64,000 bases of DNA from Pavona decussata (Eukaryota), in assembly GCA_977016875.1 (NCBI GenBank), contig CDRNST010000188.1, forward strand, positions 2,480,001-2,544,000, read 5' to 3'. Of the stretch, positions 47,801-59,800 are shown in pieces; positions within the stretch are counted from its first letter, which is position 1; every line of letters begins with the position of its first letter. A program made the translations under genes and the position numbers. The notes under the pieces were generated by a model, which saw only the letters and a list, made by a program, of their open reading frames with translations, searched no databases and was not told the origin of the DNA.

Positions 47801-50800
47801 CTTAGTTAATTTTCTTTGATACAATGCAGCTTTCTGAACGGAAAACTTCAAAAGGAAAAGGCAAATAGTGCTCTAGATGCCGAATTCTTTAAGGCTGAAT
47901 TATAATGTTCAGATTCAAATTGTGTTGTAGCCAGCATAAACCAAAACCGGATGAAAAAGGACAAAATTGAACACACTTCGTCATTAAAGGCAACTCTAGA
48001 TGGTTCATACGCAGACTGCTTGACAGACAGACAGACAGACAGACAGACACCTTTATTTAATTATAAAACTCAGGGTAGTCCCTTGCTGAGTACTGTGGGA
48101 GTTTTGTTACAAACCTCAGCAATTTGTTGCTTTTTCTCCTCCTTGACAGTGTCAGTAAAAGAATTGTGGTCACTTTCTATGATGACCAAATTATTACTCT
48201 GGGGGTGGATGACAAACTTCCGTGGTGTGTACCGCAGTGGGGTGGCCACTTGGTTAAACACGGCACCCAGCTTCTCAAGAGCCAAAATTCTGAAAAAAAA
48301 AAAAAAAGAAATATGGTTATAAAGCCATGAAACGTAATCACCATAATGTTACGTTTAGTTTAGCGTTAGAATAATGGTTAGAATTGGGGCTACGACTAGA
48401 GTTAGGATTAGGATTAGAATTAAGAATGGAGCCACTGTTACGGTTACGTTAGGCTAGGGTTATGGTTATTGGTGATCGCGAATCTAATCATAAAAGGACG
48501 ACCAAACAAGGAAACAGAACAGTCTCTATCGCTGGTCACACTATGATGACATTTGAAACGAGGAATGAGGAATAAGAAATGGAGTCTTTTGAAACCGATG
48601 GCGCCGTTTTCCATGAGATATTTTAATATGGATCACAGACGAGGGCAGATAAAGGTATTGTGTCACTGACATATGCAGTTGTGGACAAGTGAAAAGTGAC
48701 ACAAAACGCTTATGCGGGCCGAAATCTGCTCCATTGTTGACCAAATCAAAAGAGGGGTTATTAAAAACTGTGTAACGTAAGTGTGAAAGGGCCGTTAGTC
48801 AGAGGATCTGCCAGCTTACCTCAGTGTGTTGGCAGATATAGCTACAATTCCCTCGGGACACTGCTCGGAAGAGAAGCTAGAGGCATACTCTAGGGTTTCG
48901 TACGACAGAGGAGTGAGATGAAAACGGGACTGGTACGAATAGCTCAACCATGAGCGACTTGACATGGCGAGAACCTGAGGAAAACAAACAAGCGATTAGA
49001 ACACAATAAACGCAATTGAACCAATCGAAGCAAAGGAACAACACTAGACTTGGCTTCGCTACCGTTTCTCTTAGCTTTTCCTATCCAGGGAGATAGCAGT
49101 GTCTCATGGCACTACATGTTACAGGAACTGGGACGAATGACAGATCTCCACAGGGCAACTAGATCTGTTCAGTTTCAATCCTACTGGGTTAGAACCCAAT
49201 AATAATAGATCCAGGATGTACAAATCCGTTCCGGCTAAAAATGCTAATTACATAAAACAGGTAGTCCCAGAACAGTTGAGTTGACGTTTGGTAAACGTTT
49301 AAAAAAAGACGACACGTCAGAGGAAGTACTTACGGCATCAGATCCATGCATTCGAACTTTGAACAGCTTCACAGCTTTAGAGCCAAGGTACCTTAAGAGA
49401 AAAAAGAACCGAGAAATATGAATAGTTAGACAAACTTCAATATCCAAAGGCTTCCACAGTATAAATGTGTATATTTTTCCTTAGGGGAACAACAACGACA
49501 GAGTAAGGTACTGTTCCACAGCCTAATTGAATGGAAACACTGACTTCGTCCAGGGACTCCAACGTTGGACGAGATAACAAGTGTTGCTCTGCGGCCTTCG
49601 CTTTTGAATTGATTTCAAGCGATAATCCATATTTCATGACTCATGTATGTAGTTCAAATTATCCAGAACGACAAGGTTTCCCCATTGCATAAAAAATATT
49701 GCCAAATGCGTAAAGCGAATGAATTCGACCAGTTAAGATAGTTCTGACCGAAAATGGAAGTAGAAAGGGCTAGAATGAATTTCGTAGGATCGCTCGCTAA
49801 TACCGTTCTCCTACCTTGTCCTTGTATCGGACAGATCTCCAGTCACAAGATCCAACACCGTTCTCAGAAGAACACCATTCTGCAAAACAACAAGGATCAG
49901 CAGATTTTAGCTTTAACACGCATGCTGTAATATTTCCTTGCTGACTGAACTACACACACCAAACTACTCACGCTAAAGTATTCGCTTTCTCAAGTGCAAA
50001 CACATCCGGCCGGACTGCAGCTTCATGTAGTTAATACAATGCAGTTAAACACAGTTTGTCTTAATTAGAAAAAAAAGGGGAAAAAAAAACATCTGTGCAA
50101 GTTCTAAAGGAAACCAGCTACACGGCACAATTTTTAATACAACGAGGTTTCAAAAATTTGTAGAGTGGGTTACAAATTGTTAGCGGACTAGATTACACAA
50201 TAAGTTCGATTTTTAATGCAGCAATTGTCATCGCTTTAACGTGATAAAGGAGTCTCAGTAAATTATTGTGGATTACAATTACAAACATAGAAGAAAAAAC
50301 ACAACGCACAGACAATCCAATGTTAAGGAAGAGTCCTCCAAGTCTACCAGACTCGCTCTCCAATCCACCCATCGCCATCTCCACAATACACAGAGACTCT
50401 GGCGTGGCAGGTAAAGCCTGCATACTGAGCGGCTGCAGACAGTCCTGCGGGTCAAGGGATATTACCCGCACAGTATTGTCACTAAGGCCAATGGCAAGAA
50501 ACCTTGAACGCTGCTCTCCCGCGGGTACTGTCCCGAGCGCCATGCACTGTACGTCGGATGACATTTCCTTTCGTTCTGTGTACTCGTTAAGTTGGCCAGA
50601 CTACGAAGGAATGAAAATGTCGGTAGTACAGAATGCCTTCACCAACAACGGGGCATTGAAAAAACTAGATGTCATGAACAGAGGTCAATGTTATCTCTTG
50701 GGGTGTGCAAGGTTATGGTATCGGGATATCCACAACAAAACTCGCCAAGCTTCTGATTAAATCAATGCTCGTTTGGAACTGTTGCTCTAGGTCCTTTCAA

Positions 50801-53800
50801 ACTTCTTTGATTGTAAAAGGGCTTTCCTTCATTCTCCTGGAAACACGGCAATCTACGTGCGCGTTATCGTTTTTTTTTTTGTTTTTTTTTTACAAAACCG
50901 TTTACTTTAACACCCCATGGAAACTTTTCGCGAGCAGATCTGTTGACAACATTATCATTTAATTTAACAGTTACCTTAGTTCAATAAGGGAATACGTTTA
51001 AAGTGTGCCACAATGCACTCTTACCGGATCCATTTCAAAATAAACAATTTCTCCACCAGTTAATGCAATGACAACCTGGAAAACAAAATAAATAACAATT
51101 CTTAAAAAAAAGAACCTTTGTAGACATAACTGAGGATGACACCAACATTGCAGTGCGTAGTGGAATACGGGATTAAAAAGGTTGGATGAGATCACGAATA
51201 GCCCCCTATTTGAGCCTTACGATGCAAACGTATCTCATTTCCATCTAAATAATTGCATCGACGTCTGTCATTGTCACTAATAACAGTTCATCTCAGGAGT
51301 ATACTAAGCCCGGCGAACGACCATACTTTTTGCCTTTTGATACGACTCAAGGTTCAAACCATTTACAATGTTGAAATTTTGATTCCACACACCGGAATAT
51401 AATTACAAATGACCTAATTTATGCTATCAGAGCGTCACCAGTAACGTTGCAATGAATTGTTTAAGTCATTAGGGCGTATCCTTCGGTATCCAGACGATCA
51501 GCGAGCTAAGACAAATTACGTTACTGTACTCTTCATAATCGAATATACGGGGAAAAAAGCCAGGCCGTTAGCTTATTTCATACTTATCCTACATTCAGAA
51601 ACCATTGGGTGAGAAGGATGGACTACTGGGGACACAAAATATCACGGAACTGGTACTAGACAGGTGTCAGTGGAAAGCGGAAGAAGCCTGTAGTTACAGT
51701 GCAGTCTCGAAGCAGCTTCACTTGCTGAGGTATTTTACGATGAAGACGATGGTGGTGGTAAGCAAAGCTATTTTCCTTTGACTTCTCAAAATCTGCTACC
51801 GTTGCTTTGGCGGCATAGCTCGCTCTGTGATTTCACCTTCAGGTGGCAAAATGCGCCTCATCGAAGAGACTATTACCAGCGCGGGACTGAAAGTAAATTT
51901 TCGCTTAACTTACTTGTCTCTCGTTCACAGCACATTTTACGATGGTTTTCTTTCCCGGAGTTTTCCATTCGTTGACACGCTTGTCAGCTCTGATGTGGCG
52001 GATACCATCAGTGTAAACCTGTAAACGTGAAAACAGTTAAACAATAAAAACTTGAATTCTTCTCCAAAATTAGTCATCGCTCCAAGGCAATGCAAAGGAA
52101 TACTTTTCAGTCGAATGTCATAGTAGTTTGCTGAATCATGAATAACATAGTTATGAAAGAGTTGAAGAACAAACGGTTGGGCATAAAAAGAAAAAAAAGA
52201 TCCTGGAAGGCTCTGTTTTAAAGAGCTTTTGGGTCACTTCTTGGAACAGAGAGACTAGTCTTATTTCGGGAAAAGAATCTGGCTTAATTGGAGCTGGTAG
52301 AAAGAACATTGAATTCTTTGGGCGGAAGGTTTCTTGCTTTGATTGGAAAACATAGTTATATTTTGTTTCTTTCGGGGGATGTTTTAGGATTCTTCAAAAT
52401 AGACAGAACTGGTTTCTTTTGAGAACTCAAATTCCCTATGTTGGAATCTTTTATTCCCATTATGCCGAGCCTGGAATCAACAGCTTCCTAATACCTGCAA
52501 CAGAGCATCCTCGCCTAGCTGTGAACACGACAGAGTGGGTGTAGTGCCAAGGAAACCGCTGTCAGTGACTTCTTCGACTGTTTCCCCAATGGACAAAACC
52601 AGGGTAGCGTTTATGAACGACACCACGATATAGGAGTCAAATTCATCTGTGAAAGAGACCAGAAAGTAACATGGTGAGACATCATCTTTTGAAAACGTCA
52701 AATGCTGACAGCACAACACGTGTAATAGAAAAGAAATGGACACCAAGACAATAGTTTTTATTTCTTTGTTGAGAAGGAAAATGAAACATGCAAAAGGCAA
52801 CATTATTTTAGCAACCGGTTGAAGTGCATGGCTCAGAAACATCTGTCCCTAAGTTCACCAATATGACATATTTTCAAAACACTACAAGAATTGCATGCAA
52901 AAGAAAGGCAAGTAAAGCATAACAACAAATTAATGAGCAGTGTATGAACCCACCTTGTGTTTGCGTCTTCACTGTCCAAACAGCATTAGGATTACCTGGT
53001 AGCTCGGACACAGCCATTTCTGACACCTAAAGGATCAGATTAATATTGTAGAGCTAAGTGTCAAAAATCGGAGACATTTGCACAACAAGAAACTCAAAGT
53101 CTGGTTACTTTCCAAACAAAATATTTGTTGTCCTCACATACAAAAAGTCAGTTCTGCATAAAGATTGTACACTGCAAGAAAGTCTACGTGTGCTTGTGTT
53201 AGTTTGTCACCTCAAAGGCAACTAGGATAAGCAAAGTTTACAAGTTTACAAGATGTCAAGAGTGTGGACAAGTGGATTAGTGCTTTAAGACTATTATAGT
53301 GCAACGAACTCAACTGGGGCCACCCAACATTGATCAGCCAATCACAGATCACGTTTACAACAAAGGAGTCTGGCTTTGGTAGTTGGTAAACCAATCAAAA
53401 ATAAGAACATTTCTTTAATTTTCAAAGTGTTGGTTTTTCGGTGGCCCCGGTTGAGTTCGTTGCACTGTAAACATTAGACTCTCACACAAGATTAGCTCAG
53501 GGACTGTTTTCTTGGAACGAAAAACAACAACAATAACAACGGGTGAAAAGGTCTCTTGGGGAAAAAGCAAACAAGAGTAGCAAGAACTCTTTTAGAATCT
53601 GTGGAGCATTCTTATGGTGTATTTTTGTGAGTACTAAGAGTTCAATGATCAGATTATGTTTTAAGGTTTCACTAATGAACCAAGCCAAGGAGAAGAAAAG
53701 ATTCTAACCTCTAAACCGTGTCTAAGGACTCTCATGGAGGAGCGGGGGCCTCTCCCACATGCAGCATACAGCTGGGGTGTGTCTTCATTGGCTAAATCAG

Positions 53801-56800
53801 CAATCTGAAAACAAACAAAACAAAAGGAAACTTAAATTAATACCTCAATTTTCACTTACATACGGTAGATCAATGTGGGTCAGTATCAGGAATCTGAATT
53901 GAATACAAAAAGTTGCAACTTGATGGATTAGTAGCAAGTACTGTGATTGAAATCCCTCAAAAACATGTAACTTTAAATTCAAATGTTAACTGAAAGCCTA
54001 GAGAAGTAGGAAATCTCTTTGCCCTAAGTTCAGACATTGTGGGTTGAAGTGATTTCTACACTGCTATACTGCAATGTCAATCTGAAGCCTGCTGTCTAAT
54101 AATACTGCATACAGTGGAAGCTCTGCTTCATGTAAGCAGACACCCTTGGGACACAAAAAAGGTGTCCATAATTGGAGCTGCTTACGAGAACGGTTCTCGT
54201 AAGCGACCACTGCAGGTGTAAGGGATAGATGGCCACTAACGGGAGCTGCTAGCTGGTCAGCTAACAATAAACATGGGGAATGTAAAAAAAATATATACCA
54301 CCTTATGAAATGACTTTTTTTGGTTTGCTTTGTTTTAAAATTGTCTTGTGCAATGCTGTGATAATGTAATAAATGCACTGTAAAATCATTGTAACGAACA
54401 GCGATGTGAGGTTGATCGATTAAANNNNNNNNNNNNNNNNNNNNNNNNNNNNNNNNNNNNNNNNNNNNNNNNNNNNNNNNNNNNNNNNNNNNNNNNNNNN
54501 NNNNNNNNNNNNNNNNNNNNNNNNNNNNNNNNNNNNNNNNNNNNNNNNNNNNNNNNNNNNNNNNNNNNTAAGATAAAACTACATATCCTATGTTACACTT
54601 TCTTAAAAATTATACATGATAAAGATAAAAGTTATTAATAAACTGATCTGAAAAGGACCATAATAAAAACTAACTTACCTATAATAAGTGATATTCAAAT
54701 ATCAATCTATTTTAAAAAGGTAGCCATGAAATGCTCAGTATTTAGTTTAGGGCACGCACATTGTCTTTTGCGGAGATTGTAAAAACAGTCCTTTTTTTCT
54801 ATTCACATTGGTCTTAATCTGTTGGACACCAGCCAACATCAATAAACTGTAAAGACACAAACCTGGCATGACATCACAGGAGCTAAACTTTCCATTTCAT
54901 CAACAAGCACCAAATTCTTAAGGCCTCTGGGGCTAAAGAAGAAAGTGGTCCCCTCTTCCAGCTCCATGGCACTGGAGAACTCGGGTTCATCATCATCATC
55001 ACCAAGGTGTGCAATTTGATACAAGTAGCTGAAAATGGATGAAAACACTAACTTGTGAGTATTAATTTTAAGCACAGACAAATTGAAGGAGTACCTGGAA
55101 AAAACCTCAAGTGACTTCTGATACATTGCAGGATTCTCCTTCCAAATTAACTTGTATTTGCTTGTGAAATACAAGGAGAATTTGACATTACACCAGAAGT
55201 CACTTAGGGCCTTATTCCATGCACCCCTTCAATTATTTAAGACCAATATCTCAAGATTTTACACCACACTTGCTAGTCATATTAAGTGGCTACTTTATCT
55301 TGAAATAGAAATTAATTACTGTCTTGAAATTGACTCTATTTTGTCACAATGAGCATGATAATCATTATTATCTCTAAAACCAGCAACCAGTACAAGAGAG
55401 AGAGAGAGATCATTGCAACAGACTGGAACTATAAAATTATCAGATAGAGAAACCTTACTAAGAAAAATAATGTGAATGGCAAATTCTAAATTAAGGCAAT
55501 ACGTGTATCCGTGTACTGTAGGTACGATTGAACTTTATCAAATTTTTATTTAATAACTAATTAAAAAGGCCTTTAGTGCATTGATATTGTAGGGCACAGC
55601 TTTGCTCTTTCACATTGCAAACAAACACAGAATGTTTTGCTGTAGCTGCTGTTATTTTTTATCTTTGAAAGATTATTTTGTCCCTCCTTCAAAACCACCT
55701 TGCATTAGACAGAACATCTCTATGCCTTTTCCAAAGTCCTTATATCAAATTTAAGTGACCTTATAACCCAAAGATGATAATTTTGGTCATAACGTATTGC
55801 TAGATCTAGAGGTTTAGGTTTTTTTTACATACTGGTTTCCAAATTCTGAGGCAGTAAACAGGAAGCCAGTCTTCAGGACACACATTGCTGTAGCAACAGG
55901 CACTGTGTCAAAGTACTTCATGCGAAGTTCAGTTACCTGAAAACAAGTTGGAACAAAAAATAAAATAAACAGTTATTTCTTATTAATATATAATTTTTAT
56001 TTCCATTTTGGTTCTACCTGCTACAGTTAGTGCAACGTCTCATTAAAATCAAAATTGCCCTGCTATGCAAGAGAAATTCCTAGAAGCATCAATTCTGATG
56101 ATGCCGTTGATTGGCAAAAGCTTAGATTGTAACGTTTTATTTGTCATGAACAGTACTTAGCTTAAGGCCTCATTTGAAGTTTAATTATAGTATTGTTATT
56201 CTAAAATGCTGCTGAAGGACAACAATCAAAGATTATCACATATTGTACAGTTAACAATTGAAAATAATTTACTAACCATGTCCTCATCAACTTCCATGGT
56301 AACTTTGAAAATATCACCTTGCTCCGTTTGAATCAAAAAGAAGAACATGGACTAGAATTGAAAATACAAGAACTTGTTAAATTCGTTATCAGTGCAACAC
56401 AATTGTATTAATTATTCTTTTCATGCACAGATTGGACAAAGTGTAAACCTGCTTCATGTACAACGTACAGTGTATAAAAAATGTAGGACAAACAGTAAGA
56501 GTCGTGCAACATTCTCAAAACTAATTATACATGTAAGAAGCAGACCAATGCTTCTAGCTTTCATCTTGCATAATTACATTTGGGATGATTGCAAGCAACA
56601 TTACCTTCGTCTTGTGAGTAGCACCACACACAAATATCATTCCTCGCTCTGGGTCATCTAGATCGTACTGCAAGTAATGCATAAAACAAAGAAAGCATGC
56701 AACCATGTATTACTAAGTAAATTTATTAAATAATTATATTATTGCACAAGCCACATATTGCCATGCCAAACTGATCACTTATTAAAGACCTGTCCTACAC

Positions 56801-59800
56801 TGTAAATTAATACTGTCTGACTGTAGTTTTGTACATTACTGTACTTTTATTTAAATTTTCAGAGAGATTTGACTAGTGAACAATAAAACATTATGATTGG
56901 ATTCACAAATCAGGTCAGGCCAGTACCACACTGGTCAGTATTCAACAACAAACCTTTCTCCGTGGGATGGGCATCCGAATATCAGCCTGATCTCCAAAAT
57001 TTTTGTAAGTGATGTAGTTTTCGGAACAGACCAGCACCCCGCTAGGACCATCATTTCCTCCTGGAACTGGAATAAGCAAGTTGCCGTGTTCCTCGAGAGG
57101 TTCACTGTATTTTCGCACCACATGGTTCAGTCCCAGGTCTAACTCATAAAATGTCAAGGTCTGTTGAGTGGTGTGCACTGCTTCCCCAGTGGGATCAGAA
57201 TCAGCATCCTGTATTAAATGAAGAAAAAAAAAATTAATGAACTGTTACATAATGATATTTCTCATATACTAGGTAAACAACAGCTGCTGGTGGGTTATTT
57301 TCAAACCAAATCAGTGGGATCTGACATATCATCAATGTTCTGATGGTGACTGATTCTGCCCCGGTGATGATCTTCGTCGCAGGTTGTAATAAATATTATT
57401 ATACAATCATGTTACCCTCTGTTTTACAATAATTTAATTTATGGACCTTCAACTTTACTTTGGATTGCTGCAAACCCTCAATCTCGGACAGAACTAGTTG
57501 AGAAAAATGTGAATTGTGTACGTAGATTCCAATACCATCAACAGAGTAGTAAACGTGGGGCTTACTTGTTGATATATAATTAAATATATGTATCAATGTA
57601 GCAGAGTGTCATTTGTACATGTAGGTCAACGATTATAATTATAATTGTTTTGTCAAAGACTGCTGATTGTGTGATATACAAGACTGTTGCCTAAGAAACT
57701 TTCAGGAGCCCACAGACCAAAAGCTGAGAGTTAGGAGCCCAACATGTGAAGTGTTACATGTAGGTGCTGCAACAAAAAATTTAGGAGCCCAGAGCATTTT
57801 CTTGGGTGCCGCAGGCTACTGAGCTCCTGTAAGGCAACAGCCTTGGATATAAAATAACTCTACAAAGATGTGTGAAAACTTCATCATGTCACGTACAGCG
57901 TATATATGCCACTGGCCATGTCACTCTGTGACTTGGATATTATTACACAGCACTGTAAGTCCAAGATGACCAACATACATTGTGTACAGCTGTATCATAA
58001 CTTTTGAAAACATACTGTATAATGTGTTCTGTCAAAACAAGGGTTTGGAATAATATTCCTTGACTAAGAAAATAACAAAAATTATTTGAATAACATTCCC
58101 AGCCTTAGTACAGGTACGGTAAATCCATTGAATTCTGTACACCATGCATGCATGTTCTGTTGTGGTTATCAAGCCAGTTCAGAATATTACAAAAAAGTGT
58201 TTTGCTAAGTCAAGGCTACATGTACCATTGTAGCTAGAAGCAAACAGGGGAACTTGAAGGTTGATGCTCTGAAAGTCAAAATATGTTTTTGGTCACCCCT
58301 GGCCAGTCAGGTTGCTTAATAACAATTTTCCTATTGCCAAAGGCGATATGATCATGTACTGTGTAAGCATCACATGATAATGGTTGTATTTATTATTAAT
58401 AATAATTTGTACCTCGTAATCCATCTCCAGACAAGCAAACATTGGATTTTCAAAGCCAACATCAACACCCACAGTGTGATAGACCAGGGTATGAGACTTA
58501 TGAGCTTCAAGCGGAGACGAAATCGTCAGACGAGCTGCAGCATCTCGGTTCAGGATATAAACCAACTTCTGTTTCTCCACAGCCCCTGTAAAAAGGACAT
58601 TTAATTAAACATCAATTTAGACAAAATTGTTTAAGATCTGTGTACACATGTACAAGAACTAAATCCTGGTTGTGTTGTTCCAGAAAATATCACCGACCCA
58701 CACCTTAGGGGTTATTGGAATTGCAAGAAGGAGGGAGGGGTGGGGCTCAAAAAGAAAGTACATTACTTGCAAAAAATTTTGTACGTTAAAATTTCGGACG
58801 TTTTATTTCAAACATTTAATTTTCGGACACTTTTTCCCTCATTTGAAACAATTTTCAGACAAAAATTTTGGTCACTGCGCTGAAACATGCCTAAAGTAAA
58901 TTTACGACTTAAAAAAATGAAATGGACTGAGAAATAAAATCTGTGAAAATGATAGTTTTACTGTACCTTCAAGGTTTTACAGCCAGATACACCAACAAAA
59001 ATAATGGAAAATAATGGAATTTATCTATGTTTTTGTCTTTCATAAACGAAACAAAATAAAATACTTTCCTTTCCAGTGATAAAAAGAACGACTGAGCAAA
59101 GCCGCCTAATCCGAATTCTAGCCATATCATGTATATTGGCTTTGAATACATGTATGTGATGCCGTCGCCCAGAAACTACATGTACTTTTAAAGTTTTATA
59201 CTATACTGTAAAAATTTCGGACTCTTGAAATTTCGGACACTTAAAAATTTTGGACGGTTTTATTTTCGGACACTAGTTATTTTTGTCCGAAATTAAAATC
59301 GTCCGAAATTTTTTGCAAGTAATGTATGTATCTAAATTGGAAGATTCAAAGCCCCAGTGGGGGTAGGGCCCAAAACCAAAACACCATCCATGGGAGGAGC
59401 CTGGATATTTTTCTTGAACAGTCACCCAGATTCGTCTGTTCAATTTAAAGTAATTAATTGTAAATGTCAATAGTGGGTTTGCTCTTCAAAACCGAATGAA
59501 TTTTCTCCAAAATATCACAGAAAAAAAGATCAACAAACCAACAAAATAATCAATGCATTACATACCAATCATTATAGCACGTCCCTTAGGATCAACTGCT
59601 AAATACTGCCCAGGAACAATACGACGGCATCCACTTTTACCAAATGTTTCTTGATGAATCTAGGGGAAATAAAATTATTTATTAATTAATAAGGAATTGT
59701 ACAGAATAAAAGCAGGCCAATACTGCAGGGCTAAAATTTTTCTGGCCTACTTTTTATATGACTGTGTAGTTGACGCTTCAATCAAGTGGTGCGATTCTTG

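Noticed and set aside
48345-48472. Interstitial telomere or chromosome fusion scar
   Set aside because: Highly degenerate, short, single orientation and intronic; more likely a TE-associated simple repeat.
50266-50760. 164-aa plus-strand ORF and similar antisense ORFs (5334-5660, 47951-48322)
   Set aside because: Shadow frames of real exons on the opposite strand.
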